NCBI GenBank assembly: GCA_965219575.1
Contig: OZ244779.1
Coordinates: 1,676,769-1,740,768 of the forward strand
DNA from: Candidatus Oxydemutatoraceae bacterium
GTDB taxonomy: Bacteria; Pseudomonadota; Gammaproteobacteria; Poriferisulfidales; Oxydemutatoraceae
Reading direction: 5' to 3'
Length of the DNA stretch: 64,000 bases
The notes below the pieces were generated by a model. That model saw only the letters and a program-made list of their open reading frames with translations, was not told the origin of the DNA and did no database searches. Positions 23,201 through 38,200 of this stretch are shown piece by piece. How positions within the stretch are numbered: position 1 is the first letter of the stretch; each line of letters opens with the position of its first letter. The position numbers and the translations under genes were made by a program.

Positions 23201-26200
23201 ATTTTGCGGTGTGGGCAATAGTTCGGGGCCTCCGGTTTGCCTCCATCTATAATCCAATGCCGCATTGCCCGCGGCGCGGCTCTGCGCCGCATCCAATATC
23301 AGGGTATCGCCTTCGTTCACGGTGATGGTACTTTGCGCAGCCAACGCCACCGAAGCAGCGTCGTTTCGTGCGTATGTGATTACCAGCTGCGGCGGTTCGC
23401 CGGAAACCGGCGGTGCCGAGCGCGGAGATACTGCCACCCTAGTTGCCGACTGACCGCGTAGTAGTGCGCCACACATCGGCAACGAGGTGTCGTCGTCGAA
23501 GTCGCAAGCAGGGTCGTCTCTATCGGCACCTTCGGTATATCTCAGTAGCGGGTATTGCATATCGGTGCCGAAATCCCAGGCGTCGGTGTTCCAACCTCGA
23601 TATGTAATGCAACTGCGCGTCCTATTCCGGCTTGCTACGGTGCGCCCGTCTTCACCGCTCAAACAGGTTTGAGGTGTGTTCGGCACCGACGGATTGGTTA
23701 ATGTATTATTCGATCTCCTGTTATTGATATCGGGCACCGATACGACATGTGTGACATAAGTATTTCCGGAAACGGTGACCACACACCGATACGGTTCTCT
23801 ACGCCAATAGCTATTCGTAGGTGCTCTACTCGGCGTGCCACGGTTTAACAAGCCGGCAACATTAACATCGAATGTGTTGCCGTTATAAGTTCCCTCTAAA
23901 TTAGCCGGGGTGCAAACAGGCACATTGACCGGTCTTGAACCAAGATCGGTATTAGTTAACGGTAAAGCGAAGTTCGCCGATGAAAAGCTACCATTGGCAT
24001 AGCTGTTGGCAACAATGGATCTGCCGTCGATGTGCCTACCGACCAAACCACCGAAATACGGCACCGCACATGAAACAGCGATCGGTGATGGTTGTGGGGT
24101 TCTTACTTGACTATCGACATACACATAACTATTTTTGATTTCGCTGATGCCGTCGGCTCTCTCGGCATCGGATAACTGGGACCCGACCAAACCACCGACG
24201 ATGCAAGTCCCGAATACTTCACCCGCCGCATAATAGCTGTTGTGAATTCTCCCGCCACGCCGATTCCTACCGACCAAGCCGCCTACGGTCACATTACCGT
24301 TATTGGAGATATCACCGTCGGAATCCTGCACACCGACATTAATGCGTGCGCTACTGCCGACTATATATCCTTCGTTGACACCGACCAAGCCACCGGCCGA
24401 ACCTCGATCGGTTTGGATTATATGGAACATTAGACTCAATATTCTAGTTACAGTGCCGCGCACATCACTATTGCGGATCACACCGCCGCGCCGCAACAGC
24501 CCGGTGATACCACCGACATTCTTAATCCCTGCCAAACCTTTGATGGCGGGAGAGTCCAGGACTAAGTTTTCAATCTTACCGTTTGCACCGATCTCGGAAA
24601 ACAAGCCGACATTCGCTTTGCTGCCGGCACTGCTACGGCTGATAGCCAGGCGGGCAATAGAATAACCGTTGCCGTTGAATGTTGCATTGAACACGCCCCC
24701 TATCGGTTGCCAACCGTCGGCGGTGGAGACGAATTCATTTTCGTCTACCGTCCACGCATCATTCACCTCGCCCGAGCGATAGTCGCCGCTCGTGGTGAAA
24801 TTGAGATTCCCGGTCAACTCGTAGCCGATACAACCGGTGATCGGGCAACCGCGAGTAATCAATTCGCCATCGGCACTTGCCCTATAGCCGCTACCGTCGA
24901 GCTGATAACGTACCGCATTCAGATCTTCTAAATGCCTAATCTCTATCAAACCGTCGCCGTCGTCATCTATGTCGTCGGCGTTGGCAATCGAATCGCCATC
25001 AATATCGGCATTATCCATAGCGACCGACAACCCGACGGTGACGCTATTCGATACGATTGGCTCGCTCGTATAACCCTGACCATCCGAATACAAACCGATA
25101 AAACGATATTGATACCCGCCATCGACCGTATCGCCCGGTGATAAATCGACATTCCTCCATGCATCGCCCGGAAAACGCCGCTGGAACTGCCTACTTAGAT
25201 TGCTCACGGTACCGTCGATATCGTTAAGATTCTCGGTGACCGTGATTCTTCGGTTCGTGTTCACCGACAGTACCGGATTTCCGGTCACCCGACCGTTATT
25301 CACTTTGTTGATACGCACCGCGATCTCTCTGCTCAAGTAGACTTGACGGACACCGTTATCGGGGGTAATCGATACCGATAATTCAAACTCAAAATCGCCG
25401 TGATCCACATTCGCGGGTAGCAGGTCCACTTGCGGTGCCAACACTAGGTTCAAACTATCTGCATCGGCAATGTTCACCGGCGTGCCGCTGATCTGAGACC
25501 AGCTTAGATCCGAACTACCGGCGTAGTCTCCGCCGATCGTGAAAGTGGCACCCTCGTCGATGTCGATTGCGGCAATATTATCCAGTCTTAGATTATCGCG
25601 GACTATATCAAAATAATATCTCGACACCCGATTGCCGGCACTCGCTACCAGCGTGATTTCTTGTGTATTAGAATTATCCAAAATGAGCGTATCGTCGCTG
25701 CCGACAAGCGGACATAACGCATCGTCGCAATACAACATGGTCTCCAAACCGGCAACGGTCGATGTGGTGATGAATGTGATCGGCAACGGTAATCGGGTCG
25801 CGTCTACATAGAGCCGGTATCTGTTACTATTTCCACTATATCTAAAACCGCCGGTGATACCGTTTATTCGGGCTATTGCGGCATTCGCCACCTCTACAAT
25901 ACCCACCAACGAACTATCCAATACCTGCATCGCAATGCGACCGTCGGCAGCCTTCAGTGTCGGGTACTGCCGATTAGTGCCGAAATCCCAATCGTCGCTA
26001 CTCCAATTCGCATAAATACCCATCGTTGGCGTCGTCCCTTGTAGCACTGCGGTGGTTTGACCACCGAATGCGGTGGTTTCACCGATCGTCGTAGAAGCCG
26101 ATTGTTGATCGTTAAGGATATTATCCCAATAGCTGTTGATAACGGAGACGGTGCCGGTGGTACCCCCGATCAGACCTAAAACACCCCCCGACTGGCGCGC

Positions 26201-29200
26201 TGCCGCATAGCTGTTGACGATATCGGCTTGCTCCATAAAGCCGACCAAACCACCGAACCCTTGAACGAACCCTGCAATCTCGAAGTCTTGATCGATACAC
26301 TCTAGATCGAGTATCTTGTTCATATCCACCTGTGCATAGCTGTTCTCGATAGTACTGATATTCTCTGCGCTATCGCGGTTTGCCGAGATATGCTCCCCGA
26401 CCAAGCCACCAAGCCGACAATGCCCGCTTATCGCACCGGTCGTATAGCTGTTTTTAATCTTCGCACCACGCTCGTTCCTGCCGACCAAGCCGCCTACGAT
26501 GTCCCCTAAAGCATCACCGTCAGGAGAAAACGAATGGACATAGACCTGTGCAAAGCTGTGGCTAATCTCACCCCCGCTATTGACACCGACCAGACCACCG
26601 AAACGACTTTGTTTAAGCGCACGCCGACTGTAGTTGGAACCTACCAGTGCGGTGACATCGCTTACACCGATATCGTATATGCGACCACGGTTCTCGCCTG
26701 CCAAGCTCCCTTGTCGCTCCGCTCTCCTACTATTAAGGTCACGCCCGATGACATCGTAAATCCCGACATTGCGCAAGCGGAGTGCCTTAACTTCGGCATT
26801 CCGACCTAGGGTATGGAATAATCCGATTGCATCTTTGGTTTCCGTGCCGCGCAAACTCAAATTGCGAATGTGATATCCGCTACCGTCGAACACGGCATCA
26901 AACGAGTTATCATTATCTCCTATAGGATCCCAGTTATCCGCCCATTCGGTATTGACCACACCCGAGCGATAGCTTGCGGCATCGCCGAAGTCCAAGTCTC
27001 GCGTCAATTCGTAGCCGAAGCAACCGACAGTCGGGGTGGTCGGACACCCTTCAACGATAGGCAATAATCCACCGTCGGGTAGTGTATAGGTGTAGGTACT
27101 GCCGTCTAAACTATAGCGTATCGCATACAGATCGTCCACTGTCGTGATTTCTATCAAACCGTCGTCGTCGGCATCGGCTAACACTCTATCGTCGTCAAAG
27201 CCGAAATAATCTATCTCTAAAATATATTCAACGGTCGCACCGGCACTTTCAACCGACACGATAATCGCATCGCCGACGCCGGGGTCGGGTACGATCGGGG
27301 TGCTGACGGCACCGTCGACAACACCGAATTCATCTCCGCCGTAAGCGATAGTAATCATCGCATCGTCGCTCGCAGCATTCGGTATCAGACGCAACGAGCC
27401 GGTCACCCCGATATACGCACCGATACGATAACGCAGTCTAGGAGTTGCAAATTGCGGCGACAACTGCATTATGCTTCCCAAAACTTGTAGGTCGCTCAAC
27501 CCGTAGCTCCGTACGCTACCGCAAATCGGCTGACCGCTACCACCGCACGCCGGGTTGTCGCCATCGTCTCCGCGTCCATAGCGCAGTTGGGGATAGTGTT
27601 CGGTGCTACCGAAATCCCACAGGTTTGTATCCCATCTATAGTAGGCGGTATCGGTGCTATTATTCTGGGCAACACCGGCTTGCAGTGCAACCGTCGTTTG
27701 GCTGCTACCGATGCCGTTGTCCGCCACGCCGGCGGTCTCTATGTTCCAGTAGCTATTACTCACGCCACCTAAACTGTCACCGATCAAGCCACCGGACCGA
27801 GGCACATCGCTCACTCGCCCGATAGCGTAACTATTGACGATGCCTCGCTCGCCGACATTGTTGTTGACCCCGACCAAACCGCCGACCCGACTTTGTGCGG
27901 AAACACCACCGCTCGCATAGGTATCCGACACCGTACCGTTATTCAAACCTGCCAAACCACCGACGCGGTTGCTGCCCGATACCTCACCCAAGGCATAGCT
28001 CGTCAAAACCGCCGCACCTACCTCGTTGCGACCGACCAAACCACCGACCGCACCGATGCCCGATACCGCACCGCTCGCATAGCTGTTGACGATACGCCCG
28101 TTGCTGTCGGAACCGATACCATTAGCCCCGACTAAACCGCCGACATTGTTCTCACCCGATACGCTACCGATCGCATAACCGTTATAAACCTTGTCGGTGT
28201 TATAACCGACCAAACCGCCGACATGATAACTTTCGCTATCGTCGCTACCCGATCCTACAACCATAACTTCGGCAAAACTACGGTCAACCAAACCATCGTT
28301 CTCACCGACCAAACCACCGACAAAGGCCCTGCCCGTGACCTCGCCTAGCGCACCGCTTGCGACGATAGAGCCTCCCAAGTTGCGACCGACCATACCACCG
28401 ACCTCGCTTTCGCCGCCGACCTCACCGCTTAACGACACATTGTCGACGCGACCGTTGCTATTGCCGGCCAATCCACCGACACCGTCCCGGCCGGTGACCG
28501 ACACACCCGATAAAACGAGGTTGCGGATCTCGGCATCGGCATGCAGATGCGCAAACAACCCGACATTGTCCGTGTTCGGTGCGGCAATACGCAAGCCGGA
28601 AATCGTATAGCCCGATGACCGATTGCCCTCGAATATGCCGGTAAAACATCCGTTCTCGGAGTTATCGCAATCGAGCGTTCCGATAGATTCCCAATCGGCA
28701 GCGGAAAGCTCTATACTCGCCGCCAATTCGTAGCCGATACAGCCGGTCGTAGGGGCACAACCGACGGTGATTCTTTGATCGGCAGCCGACGACCTATAGC
28801 CGCTACCGTCCGGTTGATAGCGCACCGCATCCAGTTCGGTTCGGTTGTATATCTCTATCAAACCGTCGTCGTCTACATCCAAGTCGTCCACGCGCAGATA
28901 CGGATGGCGCAACGCAGTGAAGGTATAGACTAGATCGCCGTTTCCGAGATTGATTCCGGTACTGCCCGAAGCGGCAACCGGAATACGCAACGATGCGCTG
29001 CCGCTTCGGACAACTTCGGCAATACCGCCGTCTACCGACAATCCATACGCCGCTCCCACATAAGTTGGCGTGAGTTGGAATCCGGTCTCGTCGGCTTTCA
29101 ATACCAAGCTGTAGTTGTATATCTGCGGATTAAACGACGGAATAAGCTCTAAAACTTCGCTCGAGAATGTCAAATCGGTCAAACCGATATACTGACCGCG

Positions 29201-32200
29201 TAGCAACTCGCCGCACACCGGCAACCGCGACGAGGTATCCGACGCGACACGACAGGTCGGCGCACGATCGATGAAAAGTGTATCGGTGGCAGTCGTGTAT
29301 TTGAGCCTCGGGTATTGCATATTATTGCCCAAATCCCATATCTCGGTATTCCAGTTCGTATAAATCGCGGTTGTCGCGGATTGCAGTTCCACGGTGGTTT
29401 GGCTGGTGCCGTCGCGCCCGTTGACAACACCGCTGGTATTTACATCCCAGTAGCTGTCGTTGACTGCAACCGGCACATTGGCGGCATTGAACACCAAACC
29501 GCTACTCCGAGCGGAGCGATTCGCACCGATGGCATAACTGTTGTCAATCCTTACGCCGGTGCCTAGCGAACCGACCAACCCCCCGCCTTCGCTCGCATCG
29601 ATCGTTGCGGTCGCATAACTATTCGAAATCGTTGCGTTCTCAACCGCACCGACCAAGCCGCCGCCGGACCCGGAACGCGCAGATACCGTACCGGACGCAC
29701 GACTCTTGTCGATCGCACCGCGCAATACTCTACCGATTAAACCACCGCCGATGGCATTGACTTGAACCGAAACACCGGCACCGCTGTTGACGATGTTACC
29801 GCGATAAACGCCGATTAAACCGCCGCCGTTGTTGTCGGCACGCACCGTGCCGGTCGCACGGCTATTGATGATGTCGCTGTTGTTTCGGTCTTCGCCGACC
29901 AAGATGCCGACATCGTTGTCACCGATAACCTCGGCAGCCGACACATTGATGCCGCGAATCGTCGCCGTGGAAATCGCACCGAACAAACCGACATCGTCGG
30001 TAGTATGGCGACGGATCATCAAACCCGATATCGTATGGCCGTCGGCAATAAACTGTGCGGTGAACGGGGCATCGGCATCGCCGATCGGCTGCCAACCCTT
30101 GCCTTCGGTCCACAGCGGCATCGAACGCTGTGCATCGACATAGCTGTTATCGTCGTTGAAGTCTAAATCTCTGACCAGTTCGTAGCCGAAACAACCGCTG
30201 TCGGGGCAACCACTGTCTATCTCGATCGTAGTCGTCGTTGTCTCTGATTGATAACTAAAACCGCGCCCGTCCAAGCCGTGTCGTATCGTGTCCAACTGCT
30301 CCAGAAACGCAATTTCTATCAACCCGTCGCCGTCGGTATCGAGGGTCAAGTCGCGGTCGGCATCGGCAACGATGTTGTTGTCGTCATCCACGGTGAGAAT
30401 ACCACGATAGCTTGCAAAAGGCAGACGTTCTACAGCGATGCGATATTCAAATCGGTAGCGGTGCCCGCCATTCACCGCCACCGTGATTTCGCTTGCACCG
30501 TCGTTGAGCAACACTTCGGCAATACCGCGGTCTTGCAATGTTATCGGCTGCAAACCGTTATCGGCGGTGATTACAATATCGACGACGGCACCCGGCAACG
30601 GATCGCGCACCGCCGTATTCAAGCGCACTCGCTCGGTGTCGGAATACACGATCAACCGATAGTCGCTTCTGTCTCTTGCAAAGTTCGGCGACAACCGCGA
30701 ACCGTCCAGTGCCGAAAGCCGTATGTCTATGTTGTCTTGATAATCGGTCGACCTGAAGCGGATCGTGTAGCTACGGGTCGTGGCATCGGTTGCCGAGCGC
30801 ACCGCCAAGCGCACCGCATCGGTGTCGGTTCTGTTTAGGTCGATCTCGGCACTGCGGGTGTTATCGGCAATGATTTGTTCGCTGTCTCCGGCTATCAGGG
30901 TGACGGTGTCGGTGCGATAATAGGCGGTCGGTGTGGTATGGAATACGGTGACTGCCTCGTCGGTCATCAAGTTGTACGACTCTACTTCGGGACTGAACTC
31001 CGGCACCAGCATTGCGCCGGCGGGTAATTCCAGTGCAATCAAGCCACGGCGGTCTTGATACGGCACCAAGGTACCGCAATACGGTGCGTCCGCTCTATCT
31101 CTAAGTAAACGGTCGCGACAGACAACCGCACGGTCGGCTTCCGACAACCCCGGTGAAACCAGCATAGCGCAGCTTTGCAGTTGCTCCGCAGTTGGCTGTG
31201 TGCACAAACCGGCACTCCCGTCTTGATATAGTGCCGCAGGGTATTGGTCGGCATTGCCGAAATGCCAAAGTGCCGAATCCCAACGATAGTAGACGGTATC
31301 GGTGCTATTATTCTGTGCAACGCCGGATTGCAGTGCTACCGTCGTTTTGCTCGTACCACCGGCAGCGGTCGCTCCGGGTGCGGCGGTATCCCGATCCCAG
31401 TAACTGTCTAGAATTTGAGGGCTACCCGATGCGGTGCGCACCAAAGGCCCGCCGGTTGCATAGCTATTATTAACGGCACCTTCGTTTGTATCGATTAAAC
31501 CGGCAATAGCCCCGGTGTTGTCGGAAATGATAGGCTGCGCATAACTATTTTCTATATTGCCGGAAATATTATTTTCTAACGACAAACCCGCCGCAGCAGT
31601 ATTCGAACCTCTACTTCTAATAGCGATCGTTGCAAAACTACCGAGAATAGCACCGTCGTTGGTATGTACCAAACCTGCAGCAGCACCTTGATTATCTATC
31701 GTGCCGCCGACCGCACCGCTGTTGATAATGCGACCGAGATTTTGATAAACCAAAGCACCGACACTCCCGTTCTGCAAAAGGATAGCGGCATTTTCGACGC
31801 GACTATTGAAAATAGTGCCGTAGTTGTATACTGCCAAAGCGGCGATTGCACCGGTCGCTCTACTACTACGGATAGAGACATCTTTGAGGTGGATATCTTC
31901 CAGCCTTGCATTCTCACCCAAATAAGCAAACATGCCTATCCCGTCAAAAGCGGGGTCGTGTAAGGTCAGGTTGGATATCACATAGCCGTTGCCTTTGAAA
32001 TGCGCATCGAAGCGCGCGTTATTGCGACCGATGGGTTGCCAATCTATCCCTGCCAAGTCTATATCGGCTGTCAACTCATAACCGCGACAGCCGCTACGGC
32101 AATAAATCCGAGTACTATTACTCGTGCCACCTGCCCTATAAAAACGACCGTCCAAACTATGACGCATCGCATTCAACTGTTCGGGGGTGGCAACATCTAT

Positions 32201-35200
32201 CAAACCGTCGTTGTCGCCGTCTATTGCGGCGAGGTCTATCGGCTCATTCAGACGCGAAACGCTAAAACGGTAGCGATACGATTTGCGATCCTCGCCTTCT
32301 TCTACGACCACATCCAATAGCGTATCACCGCCGGTGTCCAATGCAATCAGTGGTGTATCAGTGCCGCTTTTCACTCTGAGCACCTCGGTATCGGTGGTCG
32401 TTTTATAGACCACAATATCGGCATTCGGAGCAAACGCCTCGGCAACAAAGCGTAGACCTTGTTGGTCGGCACCGACCACAATCTCGTAATCGTTGAATGT
32501 CGCAAAATCAAAAGGTCGGCTGAGACCGGCATTGTCGAGTAACTCGAAACGCTTCATCAAGCTCCCCTGATACGGGAGTATCTTGCCGCACAACGGGTTG
32601 TCGTGTCGTGCGCGTTGACATTCATCGGAATTGTACTTGATCACCGGAGATTGACCGGCACCACCGAAATCCCAATCGTCGGCATCCCAAGCGGCAAAAA
32701 TACCGGTCATCGTCGTTGCCCGCAACTCGGCACCGCTTCTCGCTCGACTTGCCGGCACATCAACCCCGGCAATGTCGCGATCAAAATAGCTGTTTGTGAC
32801 AACCCCTAGGCTATTACTCAGGTTTCCTTGCGCCACGCCCACTCTAGTCATCAGCATAGAGGCATAGCTGTTGCCGATGTTCAAACTTCGGTCGAGGTTC
32901 GCTCCTAACATCGCAGTATTTATAAGTTCATTTTCGATCGTCGTTTCGATTCTTCCGATCGCACGGCTGTTTTCGATCGACTCACTACCGATGCTATCAC
33001 TGTAATTACTCAACACTAATCCATGCACAAAAGCGGGCTGCTCCGGTACGAAACGAATCGATGACCTCAAAGTGCCGATAAAATAGCTATTACTCAATGA
33101 AGACTTGGCAAAAAAAGCTGAAAAAGGAGCCACATCTTCTCCGCTTAAATCTCCGATTACATAACTATTGCGGATTGTACTTCTCGTTAAAGATGCTGCC
33201 ATTGCCACTGCTATGGTTGAATTTATATCCACATTGACTAAACCCAAGCCGTCTATATCGGAGTCCGAAACGATAGCGAAAAGTGCGATGAGATCGGAGG
33301 CATCCAATACGCTTAGATTGGATATTGCATAGCCGTTGCCTTTGAATACGGCATTGGATAAGTCAACGAATTCCCACCTTCGAGTCGTCCAGATAGGCCT
33401 ATTTGTGGCCGGCTCTCGATAGCTGGCAGGGTCGTCGAAATCCAAGTCTCGCATCAACTCGTAGCCACGGCATACACCATTCGGACAACCTACAGTATCG
33501 AGTTCACCATCGCGTGCCGTTCTATAACCTATCTCTTTTTGAAAATTGAAACGCACCATTGCCACATCTTCCAGATAATGAAGGTCTACCAAGCCATCGT
33601 TGTCGGCATCTATCGGCGTCTCAAACCGGTAATCCAAATAGACCGTATAGCGCACCGTGCGAGTGCCGTGAACCACAATGACGACTTCGGTGGTGCCGTC
33701 GGCGTTCAGAGGAATTACGCCGCTCGGTGCATCGCTGTTAATATTCTCGGATATTGGCGTATCGCCGACATAGACGCTATAGGTGGCAGTCGCTTCGCGT
33801 GTCGTGGCAACCAGCTGCACGCGCGGCGTATCGTTTAGCACCGTGGTGCGATAAGCACCGCCGATATCCAGTAGTGTGTCGTCGAAGGGTTCGGTGAGCT
33901 GTGCGTAGCGAGCGGTGAGTGCGCTCAAGCCGTAGCGTGTTTTGGGGGCAATCAGAGTACCACACACCGGCAGGCGCGATGTGGGATCTGCGGCACTATC
34001 TGCGGCACTGAGGCACGCCGAACTACCCAATATATCGGTTGCCGCAGTATATTTGAGCGTCGGGTATTGCTCGGGAGTGCCGAAATCCCAGTTGTCTTTA
34101 CTCCATAAGTAATAGACACCGGTCGCCGTGGTGCCCGGCTCGGTTGCCGCCCGCAACCGCTGCGAGGTTCTTGCAAATGCACTGAAGAGAGTTTGATCTA
34201 GAATGGTAGAGGAATTGAGACCACTATGCCAATAATTCGGCATAGTACTATCAATACGAGTAAATCTCACAGAAAAATTAGCAAATTCAGCTGTTGTTTG
34301 CTCGTCTAGTGCATAATTGGCATTCAATATCACTCCGATTATATTTCCAGCACCTAAAAATGTACCTGGTTGACTATTACCGGATGCAAAGATTAAATTA
34401 CCCCGCGTATAGTTATTACTGATATTAATCGCTTGCTCTCCTGAAAAGGTACCCCTTGTCAACTCTCCCGTTTGACCGACAAATCCACCAGTACCGAATA
34501 CACTAGCGATATTTCCTAGGTTATTGTTCGTAACCGAACCGACTGCAAAGCTGTTCAATACCGTACAGCCGTTGCATCTGCCGAGAATGCCGCCGCCGTT
34601 GTAATTGAAAACCTGCACTGCAACACTGCTCCTGCTGTTGACGATGATGCCGGTATTTGCCGGCTCGGGTCTGGTATCGGCAAAGGTGGTGGTGTAAAAA
34701 CCGATATTGCCGACCAGTCCGCCGACATTGATGTTACCCTCTACGCGACCGGTCGCGTAGCTGTTGGCAATGCGCCCACCCCCGCGCAGGTTGCCGGCTA
34801 TCGCACCGACACGCGTGCCGCCTTCTATGCGCACATCCGGCAAGCCGAGATTGCGTACCGCACCGCGGTTGCCGAGAACACCCTCGCTGCCGATATTGCC
34901 GAATAAGCCGACATAGTTTCTGCCGTCGCGGTTGATCTGCAGATTGGAGATTGTGTAGCCGTTGCCGTCGAACTCGGCGGTGAATCGTAGCCTTGGGGTG
35001 TTAATGCCGGGGGGCTGAAAACCGCCTATCGGTGTCCAACCGGTGTCGGTGGTGACGGCAAAGTCGTGGACGACCCAGCTGCGGTTTATTGCACCCGAGC
35101 GGTAGCTACTCGGGTCGTTGAAATCCAAATCGCGCATCAATTCATAGCCGCGGCAGACTCGGTTCGGACACCCTAAGACTCGCAGCGGGTCGTCGGCCGT

Positions 35201-38200
35201 CAATCTGTAGCCGACCTCCCCGCCGGCAAGATTGAGGCGTAGCATCGCAAGCTCTTCCAGATAGTTAATCTCTACGAGACCGTCGCGGTCGGCATCCACC
35301 GCCGGCAGCGGTGCAACCGGTTGATACTCCAGATAAAGGGTATAGCGCACCGTGCCGTTACCGTTGACCTCTACGACAACTTCGGTGATGCCGTCGCTGC
35401 GCAGGTCTATCGTGCCGCTGGGATCACCGCTGGCAATGTTGGTATTCTCATCTGTTAGCATGTCGTTGACATAGACGCTATAGGTGGCAGACGACTCCAA
35501 AGTCGTTGCGCGCAATGCGATTTGCGGCGCAACATTGCGCACCGTGCCGAAATACGCACTGCCGATATGGAGTGCATCGGCGTCAAATGGCGGGTCCATC
35601 CCGGCATCGCCGAGCGGGACGAGTGATTCCAAGCCCCAGCGTAGTTTGGGGGCAATCAGCGTGCCGCACACCGGCAGGCGCGATGTGGGATCTGCGGCAC
35701 TATCTGCGGCACTGAGGCACGCCGAACTACCCAATATATCGGTTGCCGCAGTATATTTGAGCGTCGGGTATTGCATGTCATTGCCGAAATCCCAGTTGTC
35801 CTTGCGCCATCGGTAATAGACAGCGGTATCCGTGGTGCTCGGCTTGGTTGGCTCCCGCAACTGCTGCGCGGTTCCTTCAAATGCATTTATTAGATTAATA
35901 ACATTCATCTTAAACATCGGGTTCGCACTCCGATTATAATTCGGCACGGTACTAGTAGGATTAACCATATGAGCTCTCAGAGCCAAAAATTCTGGTGGGT
36001 CTAACCGATTGTTATCAAAAAGGTTTCCAAGTGCATAATTGGCATTGATTATCGCCTCCCCCAAAACTCCACTACCCATAAATAAGCCTGGCTGAGCTGC
36101 TACAATAGACCGATAGAATAAATCACCCCATGCATAGTTATTACTGATATTGATCGCTTGGTTTGCATCGGAGCGCAGTCCAAAAGTTTCCCCTATTTGA
36201 CCGACAAATCCGCCAATACCGAATCGAGTGGGGATAGTTGATCTAAGTGCACTGTTCGTAACCGAACCCACCGCAAAGCTGTTCAATATCGTGCAGCCGT
36301 TGCATCTGCCGAGGATGCCGCCACCGTTGCTGAATCTAACCCCTACTTCAACACTGCTCCTGCTATTGACGATGATACCAGCGTTCGCACCATCAGGTCT
36401 GGTATCTTCGGGGACGGTGGTGAAAAAACCGATATTGCCGACGAGACCGCCGACATTGACATTCCCGGATATAATGCCGGTCGCATAGCTGTTGACAATG
36501 CGCCCACCCCCGCGCAGGTCGCCGGCTAGCGCACCGACACGGCCATTGGCTTGTATGGTCACATTTGCCACACCCAAATTGCGTACCGCACCGCCGTCGA
36601 TAGAACCGAATAAGCCTATAATGTTCAAGCTAATGCTGTTGATCTGCAAATTGTAGATTGCGTAGCCGTTGCCGTCGAACTCGCCGGTGAACGGTGTCGT
36701 TTCATTGCCTATCGGTAGCCAACCTTGGTTGACAGTTACAAAATTGAAACTTGGCACTCTCCAGTCCGGGTTTATTTCACCCGAGAGATAGCTGTTCGGG
36801 TCGTCGAAATTGAGGTCGCGCATCAATTCGTATTGACCCGCCAAGGTGGTGGTGCTGGCAGCGATGGCATGCAGGTGATCCAGATAATAGATCTCGGTGA
36901 ACCCGTCGCCGTCGCGGTCCGCCAGCATGCGATTTTCCAAGCGCAGATAGAGCGTATAGTGCACCGTCTCGGCACCTTTAACCTCTACGACGATTTCGTT
37001 GACATCGAAGCGGGATAGCGCAATCACACCGCTGGCATCACCGCTGTCAATGTCGGTATTATCAGCTGTTAGAGTGCCGTTCACATAGATGCTATAAGTG
37101 GCAGACGACTCTTGTGTGGTGCCGATCAATACGAGTTCGGGCGTGGCACTGCCGAAAGTGCCGAAATAAGCACCGCCGACATTCTGTGCCGTCGCATCGA
37201 AGGGGGGAGACAGCTCCGTGGCACCTTGCGCAACGAGTGATTTTAAGCCGTAGCGCACTTTGGGGGCAATCAGCGTGCCGCATACCGGCAGCCGAGGCGA
37301 TGTAGTGTCCGATGTACTGTCCTTGGCACTAAGACACGCCGGGCGACCCAGCACATCGGTTGCCGAAGTGTATTTGAGGATCGGGTATTGCTCGGCAGTA
37401 CCGAAATCCCAGTTTTCTTCGCGCCATAAGTAATAGACATCGGTGGGCGTGGTACCCGGCTTGATTGGCTCCCGCAACTGCTGCGCGGTTCTTTCAAATG
37501 CACTGAAGAGAGTTTGATCTAGAATGGTAGAGGAATTGAGACCACTATGCCAATAATTCGGCATAGTACTATCAATACGAGTAAATCTCGCAAAAGAATT
37601 AGCAAATTCAGCTGTTGTTTGCTCGTCTAGTGCATAATTGGCATTCAATATCACTCCGATTATATTTCCAGCACCTAAAAATGTACCTGGTTGACTATTA
37701 CCGGATGCAAAGATTAAATTACCCCGCGTATAGTTATTACTGATATTAATCGCTTGCTCTCCTGAAAAAGCACCCCTTGTCAGCTCTCCCGTTTGACCGA
37801 CAAATCCACCAGTACCGAATACATTAGCGATACTTCCTAGGTTATTGTTCGTAACCGAACCGACCGCAAAGCTGTTCAATACCGTACAGCCGTTGCATCT
37901 GCCGAGGATGCCACCGCCGTTGTAACTGAACACCCGCACTGCGACACTGCTTCTGCTGTTGACGATAATGCCGGTATTTGCCGGCTCGGATCTGGTATTG
38001 GCAAAAACGGGGGTATAAAAACCGATATTGCCGACCAGTCCGCCGACATTGAGGGATCCACCTACGAGACCGGTCGCATAGCTATTGGCAATGCGCCCAC
38101 CCCCGCGCAGGTCGCCGGCGATCGCACCGACATGTCTCAAAGCAGTTATATTCACATTTGCGACACCCAGATTACGCACCGCACCGCCGTTGTCGATAGC

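Noticed and set aside
34174-37850. Possible diversity-generating retroelement TR/VR pair
   Set aside because: The mismatches are transitions in both directions and are not confined to adenines of one copy; both copies are in-frame coding and no reverse transcriptase is in the window.
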